A DNA stretch of 64,000 bases from a bacterium (lineage in GTDB: Bacteria; SAR324; NAC60-12), in contig CBDDTI010000212.1 in the NCBI GenBank assembly GCA_965233585.1, positions 1 through 64,000 of the forward strand, read 5' to 3'. Below, piece by piece: positions 18,832-29,767 of the stretch. A program made the position numbers and the translations under genes. Within the stretch, counting starts at the first letter, position 1; each line of letters opens with the position of its first letter. A model generated the notes under the pieces. It was not told the origin of the DNA. It did not search any database and saw only the letters and a program-made list of their open reading frames with translations.

Positions 18832-21800
18832 GGGGGTGGGGGACCCACCACAGCCAGTGTACAGACAAATCTTGACAATAAGACTATCCCTCTACAAGTG
18901 CCAATATCCGAATGTATATATCAAAATAGTGCTAAAAATTATAAGTGTTCCCCGAATGACCCTGGAAAAGAGACCAGTACCCCTTATTCGTTACTTCCTG
19001 TAGTTCGCGTTCCTGTTCAAACAAAGAAGAACGTTGTCTACTTGCGTGCCTTACTTGACACCGGCTCTACTGCATCCTTCATAACGGTAAGTGCCCTTTC
19101 TAGGATTCCGTCCGTTGTAATTGAATCAGAATTCCCCTTAACTATGTGTACAATACAGGGGGTGAGTCGAGAGCCAAGTAGAAAATTGCGCGTAAATTTG
19201 AAAGTAAAGGGGGGGGGTTTGCCGATAGACTGTTATCAGGTCCCGCGCATAATGCAAGTCAGTCATGGGTTCGAATTGGATGGCCCGACGCTGCTTGCAT
19301 TACAAGAATATCTCTTAAATGAACCGGTGTCTGCACGGGGAGGACAATTAGATCTCCTCATTGGAGTACCGGTTTTATGGAAAATTATTAGGGGAATTCA
19401 TGCGCGTATATCTGATTCGCTTGTCCTTCTCGACACCATATATGGTAATGTCATATGTGGGTCGGCCTCAGGAGTGGGGAAAACGGTTGAGGCACGGGCC
19501 GCGACCGTTGAGGACTTGAACAAACGGGTAGAAAAACTATGGCAGTTAGACTCTTTTCCTAGGGATGATTCGGAATCGAAATTAACGATGGATGAGATAG
19601 CAGCAGTCGAAAGCATGGAGAAAAACCTTAAGTTTGATAAAAGCATAGGGCGCTTTCAGACAAGGTTGTTGTGGAAAGGAAAACCCGATTTGGTAAATAA
19701 TTATGCGGCTGCGAAGGCGAGGTTAGACGGACTAATGAGGCGTCTACGCAAGGATCCTCAAGTTAAAGCCGCTTACAAATCGGTAATTTCGGAATTCATC
19801 GACCAAGCCACGGTAGAATTAGTTACCTGGGAAACCCTCGCTCAGATGCAGGAAGCGTCTAGGGTCGATTTGTATTTCCTTCCACATCGGGCGGTTTATG
19901 ACCCCGGAAGGGTCTCAACAAAATGCCGGGTGGTAATGGACGCCTCGGCAAAAACGGCCACAGGCAAATCTTTGAACGATTGTTTGTTGCCTGGGCCTCC
20001 ATTGCAGCAGCAGATTGCTGCAGTGGAGCTACGCTTTCGAAGAAGAAAGATAGCGTTAATCGGGGATTGCAAGAAAATGTTTTTGCAAGTAATTGTACAC
20101 CCCGATGACCGTCCGTTTCTCCGCTTTCTATGGCATGATCCGGATGATATCCATGCTGTTCCAAAGGTATATCAATTCAGAACTTTGATATTTGGTGCAG
20201 CAGATTCTCCGTTTCAAGCTATCTCATGTTTCCAACGACTCGTGGCCGATAGGAGACGACGAGGAAACCTCTCATCCCTTGAGGAAAGAGTTTGTGAGAC
20301 CATTCTTCGGGACACTTACGTTGACGATATCACCACTGGGGGTGATTCCGTTAACGATGCCTTTGACATGTACAAAGGCCTAAATAAGTTATTAGGATCG
20401 GCTCATTTTAAGATCCACAAATGGGCCACCAATTCCCCTGAACTTCTGAAAAGAATTCCGGAGGAAGAAAGAGCACCTGCAACTGAAAATGAGGATTTTG
20501 ATTGGCTGGAAAGCGATGAAACTTCCTCTTTGGGTATCCGGTGGGACCCCCGCACTGATTTGTTTATATTTAGGCGGTACGTTTCCATCGGACAATTCAA
20601 TGACGACACTAAAACGGCAGTTGCTAGCTTGCTGGCCAGACCCTTCGATCCGCTGGGTCTGATTTCTCCCTTTATTCTTTTGGCGCGGAAGATTCTCAAA
20701 CAAACGTTTGAGGAAAATTTGGGGTGGAAAGATAAATTAACGGGTGAAATGCTCGGGTCGTGGCAACGTTGGCTTTCCTATCTGCCTGATTTGGAAAAGG
20801 TCACGTTTCCCCGACACGTGCCCTTTACGCCAGACACAGAGATTCATGTGTTTGGAGATGCAGCTGCAAATATGGGTCATGGAGTTGCAGCATATGCACG
20901 TACCCCCGTTGGCAACAACGGAAAATTTGAGACGCATCTCCTTTTCGCTAAATCACGCATTAACCCTAAGCGAGACATAACGGTCCCCAGACTTGAGCTT
21001 GTCGCATCTTTGCTTTGCGCGCAAACAGCAGAGATGCTGCACAAAGAGCTTGGGGTTGCTAGGGATAAAATCTATTGTTATTCAGATTCAGAAACTGCGT
21101 TATGGTGGCTAACAAAGCCTCCATCTGCTTTATTGCCGTTTGTTTCGAATCGAGTACAAAAGATTATTGAGCTTGGGTACAGGTTCAATTACGTGAACAC
21201 AGCGGCAAACCCGGCAGATGTTGCAAGCCGTGGCTGCACGCCGGATGAACTCTTGTGTACATTGTGGAAAAAGGGACCCAAATTTTTATCGATCCCCAAT
21301 AGTGAATGGACCCCTCCTAAAATTGACTTTTCTAAAGTGGACAAATTGCAGGAGGTTAAAAAAGCAAATGTCTATAACTATTCTTCCTTTGTCAAAAGAA
21401 TTGGAAGGGGGGCTAATCGTAAAATCGTTAATTTGGAAGATTGCTACGGCGATCATGATGAACTTTTACGCCGCATTGCCATCCTCAAAAGTGTGGTGGT
21501 GTTTTGGCGGGACAAAACCAAAGGTAAAGTTCGAGGTCATTATGACAAATTACTCGCCAGCAGTCATATCCATTTCGCTCGGAAGTATTGGATCAAGCAA
21601 TCGCAGGAAAAGGAATTTCCTGCAGAGCTTGCTGCTTTACAAAAGGGGCAGCCTATCCCAACCGGATCTAGGCTTCTTCCTTTGAATCCTCAGCTAGACG
21701 ATGAAGGAATAATGAGGGTACACGGCAGGGTGGTGGAATCAAAGATTTCCCCGGAACAAAGGTATCCCATCATTTTACCCAAAAATCATACGTTTACATC

Positions 21801-22923
21801 GTCACTGATTAAGAAGGTTCATGATGAGAATAGCCATGCACCTGTCGATTGGCTTCATTTCCACATCAGACAGCAATTTTGGATTCTTTCGAGCAGACAA
21901 TTGATACGGTCTGTCCTAAGGAAATGTTTCGAATGTCAAAAAGCAAATGCAAGAAGAGGTCAACAAATGATGGCCCCTTTGCCTGCCAATCGTGTCAACT
22001 TTGAGCCACCCTTTTCAAGAGTAGGTGTCGATTATACGGCGAAATTTTCTATAAAATCGACGTACCGGGGTTCAACTCCATATCCCTGCTACCTGGTGAT
22101 ATTTACATGTTTTGTCACCAGGGCAGTGCATTTAGAGATTGTCCTATCCGATGAAGCGGAAGGATTTTTGATGGCCCTTAAGAGGATGATTAGCGCCAGA
22201 GGGCATCCGCAGCATATGTACAGTGATAATGCGAAATATTTCATTAGAGCTGATAAGGAGATTGCTGAGACAATCGACAAGAACAATGAAATCATAAAAG
22301 ATTTCTCAGAACAGCTCCGTTTTCACTGGCATTATTCTGTGGAATATCATTCTTCGGGGGGTGGGGTATGGGAGCGTATGGTCAAGGCCATAAAAGTACC
22401 TCTCAGGAAAGTCTTGGGAGACTCTTTATTGACCTACGTAGAACTTTTAACGGTAGTCAAGGAAATCGAGGCACAAGTTAATGATCGCCCTCTTGTCCAA
22501 GCTTCGGAAGACACTTTTGAGGTCATTACGCCCTCTATGCTCTGTCTTGGCAGGAGAATCAAACTTTGGCCCGATTTCTTCGCCGAGACCGATTTAAGAC
22601 AGGAATCATCGGTAAGACTTCGATGGGAAGTTCGCAAGGAATTGGTAACCAAATTCCGCGAACTTTGGTTAAAGCAATATTTGCCACAATTGCAAGAACG
22701 GCAACGGTGGCGAACAAAAGAACCCAATTTGAAAATTGGGGACTTGGTTTTGCTTGAAACCGAAAACAAAAAGCAATTTCAATGGCCAATAGCCCGGGTG
22801 AATAAAATCATGCGCGGTAAAGACGGACTCGTGCGCACAGTACTTGTTCGAACCAAAACCAGCCGTGGTTTATTGCGAAGGGGTATCCATGAAATTTTTC
22901 CTCTCGAGTCTTGTCGTGAATAA
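18832..22923 (+). CDS. pol: BEL/Pao Pol (protease, RT, RNase H, integrase)
   Basis: ALLDTGS, YVDD, FGDA/LELVA/YSDS, H..H/C..C, GVDY..SDNA..WERMV and a DUF5641-like tail. Frame open from 18832. Confidence 0.96.
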   Translation, partial: GGGGPTTASVQTNLDNKTIPLQVPISECIYQNSAKNYKCSPNDPGKETSTPYSLLPVVRVPVQTKKNVVYLRALLDTGSTASFITVSALSRIPSVVIESEFPLTMCTIQGVSREPSRKLRVNLKVKGGGLPIDCYQVPRIMQVSHGFELDGPTLLALQEYLLNEPVSARGGQLDLLIGVPVLWKIIRGIHARISDSLVLLDTIYGNVICGSASGVGKTVEARAATVEDLNKRVEKLWQLDSFPRDDSESKLTMDEIAAVESMEKNLKFDKSIGRFQTRLLWKGKPDLVNNYAAAKARLDGLMRRLRKDPQVKAAYKSVISEFIDQATVELVTWETLAQMQEASRVDLYFLPHRAVYDPGRVSTKCRVVMDASAKTATGKSLNDCLLPGPPLQQQIAAVELRFRRRKIALIGDCKKMFLQVIVHPDDRPFLRFLWHDPDDIHAVPKVYQFRTLIFGAADSPFQAISCFQRLVADRRRRGNLSSLEERVCETILRDTYVDDITTGGDSVNDAFDMYKGLNKLLGSAHFKIHKWATNSPELLKRIPEEERAPATENEDFDWLESDETSSLGIRWDPRTDLFIFRRYVSIGQFNDDTKTAVASLLARPFDPLGLISPFILLARKILKQTFEENLGWKDKLTGEMLGSWQRWLSYLPDLEKVTFPRHVPFTPDTEIHVFGDAAANMGHGVAAYARTPVGNNGKFETHLLFAKSRINPKRDITVPRLELVASLLCAQTAEMLHKELGVARDKIYCYSDSETALWWLTKPPSALLPFVSNRVQKIIELGYRFNYVNTAANPADVASRGCTPDELLCTLWKKGPKFLSIPNSEWTPPKIDFSKVDKLQEVKKANVYNYSSFVKRIGRGANRKIVNLEDCYGDHDELLRRIAILKSVVVFWRDKTKGKVRGHYDKLLASSHIHFARKYWIKQSQEKEFPAELAALQKGQPIPTGSRLLPLNPQLDDEGIMRVHGRVVESKISPEQRYPIILPKNHTFTSSLIKKVHDENSHAPVDWLHFHIRQQFWILSSRQLIRSVLRKCFECQKANARRGQQMMAPLPANRVNFEPPFSRVGVDYTAKFSIKSTYRGSTPYPCYLVIFTCFVTRAVHLEIVLSDEAEGFLMALKRMISARGHPQHMYSDNAKYFIRADKEIAETIDKNNEIIKDFSEQLRFHWHYSVEYHSSGGGVWERMVKAIKVPLRKVLGDSLLTYVELLTVVKEIEAQVNDRPLVQASEDTFEVITPSMLCLGRRIKLWPDFFAETDLRQESSVRLRWEVRKELVTKFRELWLKQYLPQLQERQRWRTKEPNLKIGDLVLLETENKKQFQWPIARVNKIMRGKDGLVRTVLVRTKTSRGLLRRGIHEIFPLESCRE

Positions 22924-23276
22924 CTGTCAAAAAGGGGAACAATGGAGGGGGATGAATAGCGGGGACTGAGCAAGTGCAAAGTCACCCTGCAGATGCAATT
23001 TTGACGGGAAAAATTTATGTGTCTGCGCTCATGTTGAAAAGGAACACACATGACAGGTGCAGGGGTAAATGAACTTTCTGTCAGAAACAGGCAACATCTG
23101 CCGTTGCCTTTTGACAGAATGTACAAAGTCTAATGCCTGTGCAACTTTTATGACCTCCTTTCATTGAATGCATGTGCATGAATTCCGTTATTTGCACAAG
23201 CAAACAGGGTAAACAACTCAGTAACCTAGATTGAAGTCATTAACTTTCTCCGATTTTTTGGGGAGATAAAATCCCC

Positions 23277-23311
23277 TATAAAAGGCTTGAGTTTTGGCTT
23301 CAAAATCATTC
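23277..23311 (+). promoter_or_regulatory. Internal TATA plus initiator for the first accessory gene
   Basis: TATAAAA 23277-23283 and TCATTC 23306-23311 at canonical spacing; ATG at 23369. Confidence 0.65.
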
Positions 23312-23368
23312 ACTTCTGAGTTGTCTTTGCATTTGGACAAGTTAAAGAAGAAACTTAAACCTTCAACA

Positions 23369-26300
23369 ATGCTTGGTCACGTCTTGCCGATGGTCATGGG
23401 GATTTTGGGGAATGCTGGCCAATCAGCACCCCCTTCCTCCAATCCGTTGCATTCGACTACTTCGAATGTAATAACGGTGGAGGGTCCCTCTGTTAATGTG
23501 GGGATACCCGGCATGCAAAAGCAACCGGGGGTTCAACAATATCCCCACTCATGGCCTTCGGCGACGGCGCCCTTGCAGTATCCGCCGTATCCGCCCTACT
23601 CCCCTTACGCAATGCCGAATTACTACCCCTATCAACAGCCGTATGGGGGCTATCAACAAGCGCCAGCCCTTTCCAGATGGACTCGTATGGTCCATGAACT
23701 CTTGGAATGGGAAAAGGGCTTAAATGATAGTGATTTTGCACAATTAGAAGAGGCCTTGAATGTGTCAAGTATTTCGACAATCCGAACCGCTTCCTCACCA
23801 TCGAGTAAGTGATCGTTTGTGTTGTTAGAGTCCCCTTCTGATTGCTAATTTGTTTATAGTCACTCGGCCGCGTTTAAATCTGTCGTTGACCAATCGACTG
23901 TCATTGGCTCGACAGACCTTGAATACGACTACATCGATTGCACCCACCGTTGAAGCCTACTCGAATACGCCATCACCGACTACGACAATGCAAACCACCA
24001 CCGAAATGCCTCAGACAACATCGACGATGTCGACAACCACCGTCAAACTGATTCCATATTCCGAAGAAACTGGACCCTTTCCACCTTTGTCCATAACCCA
24101 AGCTGCCCTCATCAAGGTGTTGGAAGAAGCTGTTAAAGTTGAACACCAGCGCCGCGAGAGGGAAAAGGTCATCGCTCGCCAAGAGTTACAGCAGCAAAGA
24201 CCCCGTCGTCATGCTCAGGAATCTGCTTCCTTTCAAAGGACGGTAGCTTCTCCTCGATGTCCTTGTGGAATCTCTTGGCCCGGAATCCGCGTTTGGGGAA
24301 TTAGGTTTGGACACTGGGGTAAAAGGTTTCCCCGATTTGGATGCCCTTGCAAATCCGGATCCGGTAAGCGTCAACACAACGAAGAACCTCTGAAGAAGTC
24401 TAACGAAACACGTCCAGTGTCACCCTTCGGAAAGTGTCCTACTCTTTTGACAGCGGCCAAGGATCTCATACAAATTCCGAAGAGGATACCGGTTCCACGG
24501 TGTTTCTGTCCCGATGCTCCTTCAGCCTCGGAGAATTCTACCAACATCAACTCCACCTCCAGCTATTCCTCATGTTACTGCCTTACTCCTGCACAGCATA
24601 AACGCCTTGAAGAAGATCTCGGACATCGAGTGAAGCGTCTTCATTGGTACCAGCGTTGGAAGAAATGTGCTGGCAAGGAGTTGGAAAGAACAAGACGACA
24701 TCTGCTGGAGGGCGCTGACCAGGAAGAACAAGAAGCTGTTGATGAAATACAACAATCCGAATCAGGAAAGCTGCCGAGGTCAGGACGTAGCAAGGGGGGT
24801 TTCGGATTCAACTTCGGAAGAAGAGGTGGTTGGTTTAATGGCAACTGGAGACAATTCGGACAACGAACAAATGCCAACACTGGAGGTACTTGGGGTCGGG
24901 CTCTCCCTGTTTTAGGGACTTCGCTTTTTGGAAATAGGGGTGGAACGAACACACCCCCCAGAAGTGATTCGCTGCCCGATCTGTCCCTGAGTGGATTGAA
25001 CGCAAGGTTGTTGAATCTACGAAGAACGCCATCGGCTACGGATTTGACTAGGACCAATCCAACATCAGCGAGCAGGACCTCCAGCACGGCAACGTTGGTG
25101 GATGTTTCCCCGAATTCTCCAAGCGTCCTGCCTTCCGGGTCAACTAGGCAATTGTCAAGAACTGCTTCGCAAGAAGTCGCGTCCTTGACTGGAACGATTC
25201 CAGCTTCACCGCCATCCGCATTAGCGGGTGCACCAAATGACCTCTACATGAGGATGGCTTCGTTCCGGCCTATTAATCCGGCGAGGGACTCCGCGAGATC
25301 ATCGGCAACGGGGGCTTCGTCTTCGGTGAGGGCTTCAACTGGAGGAGCGCTTTCGACATCAACATCAATGGAAATGACTCCTATGGCCAATCGTCCTCTT
25401 CCCGCCACTCCACTCCAGAATGTCCGACTTTCTTCTACTTCGTCATCGTCGGGGGCCGACACTGTCATTCCGGTAGGGGAACCAATCTATCCCAACTACA
25501 GGGATTTTTCATCGGTCCCTCCGGAACACATGAAGTGGCACGACGTGGTGGGGTCTAAATGGAGGCATTGGGGACATCGTCACCCTTATCTGCAGGGTGG
25601 AATGGGGCTAGCGGGAACGTCGGCAATGTCAGGAGGGGTCTTTCTTGCAATGCAGGCCCTTTCCAATAAAATGATGAACCCCGGTCCGGATGCTGAGTTG
25701 GTGAAAGCCAATCAGCAATTAAGCAACAATCTGGGAGAAGTAACAAATCGTCTTCACCAGGAGGTTGGGAAATCAGCCCTGGCCACCGACGTATTGGTCA
25801 ATGCTGTCCATACCGGGGACGTTCCTGCAGCGATCGTGGAAGAGGCAAAGGCCATAAAGGAGTCAAAGAACATCGACAAAAACGTTAAAATGACAACTGG
25901 ATCATCAAAGAAGTTACAGATCACCACCACGCCGACGGCAAGGAGAACTACAGCCACAACTGTCACTCCCCCGCCGGCCTCTCCAAACTCAAGAGCAACT
26001 GGATCAGATCTTCCGGATTCGATTTGGGATCTTCGTGCGCCATCCGTAAACAAGGAAACGCAAACACCAAACGAAAGGACACTAATCATTCCGGATGATC
26101 GATCGGCGCATCATCAGTTGTATCAGCGGTTTGGAAGAGCGATCTACGATCCGTGGTGGAGGCCGCCAGAACACCTCAAGGTAACCGATCCTTATCATTT
26201 TAGGCTTGGCTTGATGGCACCTGCGATTTTGGCGTCATTAGAAACAGAGCATCCTCCGGCATCTCGATATCCGCTGCAGCACGAGTACGATCGGGCTCAT

Positions 26301-27014
26301 GGACCCAGGGGCTACAACCCTTACTTGGTGATTCCCAAGAATGAGCGCGATCGCCTCATGATGCAGTCGGTCGAAGACGGCCAAGTCAATCTGGCCAAAT
26401 ATGGACAGCTACTTGAAGAAGCGGCCTTAAAACATCAGCTGCGGCACACAAAGACCAAGAATGTGCCCGCAGAAGTGCCGCAACCGGAGGCAGCTCGCTC
26501 AAATGATCGCTCTATCGACTTGTCGGAACTTCAAGCCGGCCTACGACGGATCGAGGAAGAACACCTGGGGATTCTGGATGAAGCACCTGAACCGCCAGTC
26601 GAAAGGCCTGGCACATGGGTTGAAGATGACCAGCCCTTGCAAACGACACCCAAACCCGCCGACGTTGTCACGGAGTCGCAGTGGAAGCCACTGCCAACCT
26701 CGAAGACCCGGAAACGTCCTCCAAAGCACAAACGAAAAGCCAAGATGGAGGAGCTTCCGGAACCGGCAGAACTTCGTTCAAGTGGATGGGTTTTTACCAT
26801 TGACCTTTCCACTGATGAAAAGAAAACGGTCTTTGGTTTGGGGGTAATGTTTTTGCTTGGGTTAACTCTATTTGTATTGTCCTTGATCGGAATTGGTCTT
26901 TGCCGGCTTGCCGCTTGCTGCAGAAGGTTTTGTGGGGGTTACAAGCAGGCATCAACTAATCCCGATCGTGTAACTCCTGCAGAATGGGAACTGCAGGAGT
27001 TGAATTATGCTTAA
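23369..27014 (+). CDS. Spliced ~1196 aa type I membrane protein with multiple furin sites (unknown family)
   Basis: 55 nt intron 23805-23859 (GTAAGT...GCTAAT...TTTATAG) joins the two ORFs in frame. Hydrophobic N-terminus, RPRR/RVKR/RTRR, C-terminal TM; AATAAA at 27028. Confidence 0.8.
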
Positions 27015-27397
27015 ATTTGTCAGATAAAATAAAATTACAAAACAGCTACATTCATTCTGACTTCTTTCAATTTTTGGGCGCAATTTTGTTAGGATATTTG
27101 GCTCTTGATTTATCTACTTTTGTACATTAGGGGTTACTGATGAAGAGTTGTTTCGGCTACCGCGCCAGGTCCTGTATACCTCCTTTGTATAACAAAGGAA
27201 AATTCCCCGGGGGGAAAATTAACGGTTTTTCCCTTTTTTGCCTCCCTTTGGCGCGTGTCTAGACACACGTCGCGTCACAAATCCGTGAAACATTCGTTGG
27301 GGATACTTTTTCACCCAACACATACGGATTTTCTCATTCAGTTAGGATCCGCAGCTTGATTCGAAAGGTTATTTAAACGACATCAAATATTTTAACC

Positions 27398-29221
27398 ATG
27401 CTTCGCTTGTCCGTGATCTGCTTCCTGGTGGGACTGAGCCATTTGTCTTTGGCACTGGATGGCAACCAACTCCTCTTCACCGTTATCGGTGAAACAACAA
27501 GGGAAAGTGGTTATGCACACTTGGTCGTTCCGTTGCCAGTTCCGAATTTGAGTACTTCAACAGATGTTCTTAATGATCTCATTGAGACTTACCTCAAATA
27601 TACAATGAAGCCTAACAACATGTACCAAAAGACGGAAAGCTACGGAATTGATCGAATCCAGGCCAAGATCAATTTAATCTTGTCCTTAGCCCGTCAGGGA
27701 GGGTTTGTGGCGAAGGAGCTCCACTACGATGACGTCAATCTCATCATGGACGGACTCCGGAGCCTAGGATCTCGACGCAAGCGATCGGTCGCTGCCACAG
27801 TGGGGGCCCTGTTCGGGTTGGCCTCCTTCGGAAGCTCCATTTATAACACAGCCCAGCTCAATCGACTCAACGAAGACAGGCAGAGGATCGAAGAGAACCA
27901 GCAGTTCCTCATGGAGGAATTGATGGAACAGAACCTCAGAATCAACAATATAACAACTTTTATTGAGGTTCAGTACAAGGCCTGGGTCAAACAAGTCAAG
28001 TTGATCCAGGAGTCTCAGAGGCAGACAGTGATGGAGACGATGGGACACCAAATCCACCTCTTGGTCCAGGCGTTCCGAATGGAACTCACAGACTTTCTTA
28101 CTGGAATCACGAGGTTGATGGACCATCGGTTGTCACCACTCCTTGTACAACCCGAAGCCTTGGAAGAAGCCTTCAATTTGTTAAGGAATGCGGCAAGACT
28201 GAGGAACATGAGGCCCATGTCTGAGGATGCAGGGATTTTGTTTCAAGTCCCCACCTCAACATTTGTGGATGCACAAGGAAGACTTTTTGCGGTAACGCAT
28301 CTTCCATTGTATGCCGGGGACCTATTGAGACTTTACCGATATGTCCCGGCCCCGTTCCTCCTCGATGACCAAAAGGTTGCGCTGGAAATCATCAGTCCAG
28401 CGGAGTATCTTGCTTTGGATACTCATGGGATGGTTGGGAAGCAGTTGACTGCTTCCGAATTTCAGTTGTGCAGGCGTTTGGGCAATGTTTATCATTGTCC
28501 AAATATGAACTTGGTCAACAAAGATCTCAAGTCTTTGTGCTTGTACAACGTTTACAGCCAAATCGTCAACCACATCGAGGATACATGCGAGGTTAAGATT
28601 AAGTACCTGCGTAATCACGCGGTACAATTATCGACCTCGTTGTATCGGATCTTGGCCGTGAAACCGATTCAGTTGGTGATGGATTGCAAGGCAGGAAGCA
28701 ACGTCACCACAATATCGGGGGTTCATCTCCTCAAACTAACGGAGGACTGTCCCAAGGCTTCAACCAATGAATTTCTCTTCGTCCGGACACCTGACCTCGT
28801 GGGGTACCACGAGTTGATCACCCTGCCTCTCTTGTCTCAAGCAAAGGAGTGGCTGGGTGATATGAGCAAAGAGCTTGATCTGACTGAAGCGATGAAGTCA
28901 ATGGAGGATCCGGATGTGCCAGAACCGTCAATTCCGTTGCGGAAGTTCAGGAATAAGCTGCGGGGAAGAGATATGGAGGTTTATAAGATTGTTGAATCTT
29001 ATTTAACCACCATAGTGACGTATGGGGTTGTGCTCTTCTCCATTGGAGCCTTGTTTTGGTGCATATACCGGAGACGAAGAAGGACCCGACTTTATCGTCG
29101 ACCGGCTAATGCACTACATGGACCTGGGCGAGTCAGCGGGGACGATTCGGACGGAGTTCTAATGGGCAGGCCGGCTGTCGCATTACCTCCCTTGGTCCGG
29201 CGACAGTTTGTGCCGCAGTAG
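27398..29221 (+). CDS. env: Envelope class I fusion glycoprotein (baculovirus F / errantivirus Env-like)
   Basis: Signal peptide, RRKR|SVAATVGALFGLASFG furin site and fusion peptide, heptad repeat, Cys-rich region, TM and basic tail. Confidence 0.88.
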   Translation: MLRLSVICFLVGLSHLSLALDGNQLLFTVIGETTRESGYAHLVVPLPVPNLSTSTDVLNDLIETYLKYTMKPNNMYQKTESYGIDRIQAKINLILSLARQGGFVAKELHYDDVNLIMDGLRSLGSRRKRSVAATVGALFGLASFGSSIYNTAQLNRLNEDRQRIEENQQFLMEELMEQNLRINNITTFIEVQYKAWVKQVKLIQESQRQTVMETMGHQIHLLVQAFRMELTDFLTGITRLMDHRLSPLLVQPEALEEAFNLLRNAARLRNMRPMSEDAGILFQVPTSTFVDAQGRLFAVTHLPLYAGDLLRLYRYVPAPFLLDDQKVALEIISPAEYLALDTHGMVGKQLTASEFQLCRRLGNVYHCPNMNLVNKDLKSLCLYNVYSQIVNHIEDTCEVKIKYLRNHAVQLSTSLYRILAVKPIQLVMDCKAGSNVTTISGVHLLKLTEDCPKASTNEFLFVRTPDLVGYHELITLPLLSQAKEWLGDMSKELDLTEAMKSMEDPDVPEPSIPLRKFRNKLRGRDMEVYKIVESYLTTIVTYGVVLFSIGALFWCIYRRRRRTRLYRRPANALHGPGRVSGDDSDGVLMGRPAVALPPLVRRQFVPQ

Positions 29222-29389
29222 AGTTTTGATGTTAAGGGAAGCTTGTTGGAAAGGACCTCCATTCGGACTTGGCAACCCGAGTGCCTCTGGTGCCTGATCA
29301 GTACTATGAAGTAAATTGGGAGTCCTCTCCAACGACCTTCGGAGGTGCATATCAAGACTTAGCGGATAACCATCAGGTGACGGGGACAT

Positions 29390-29715
29390 TGTAAAATAAT
29401 GCATTTATACGTTTCTATCACATGATGGTTCTCCGCGCCTTTCTTTCTTTGTGTATATATTTTCATGTTGTAAAGTAAAAGACAAAAAACCGTTGGATTT
29501 TTGTGATGGTATTTTCCCCCTTTCTAGACCGCCCAGACTGTGCAGTGGATGCACTTGTCAGACTGGGGGAAAGTATTCAGTTATATTTGAACTGTCTATG
29601 TATACGGACGTGAAAATATATTAATTACATGATTCAGTGAACCAACGAGAACTTAGTTAAGTGATCTGCGGAAACTCCGTAGATAACGATCATCCATTGA
29701 AACGAGAGTTTTACA
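29390..29715 (+). repeat. 3' LTR
   Basis: Direct repeat of 15849-16175, preceded by purine-rich AGGTGACGGGGACA. Confidence 0.95.
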
Positions 29716-29767
29716 TTAGTAAGTAAGGTATTATTTAGAGTATGCGCATCTCTTTTATTTTAAAATA

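Larger units (their letters stand above)
15849..29715 (+). mobile_element. BEL/Pao LTR retroelement (Belpaoviridae-like) with two extra glycoprotein genes
   Basis: Paired TG...CA LTRs, PBS, gag with triple Cys/His knuckles, PR-RT-RH-IN pol and two downstream signal-peptide/TM ORFs. Confidence 0.95.
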
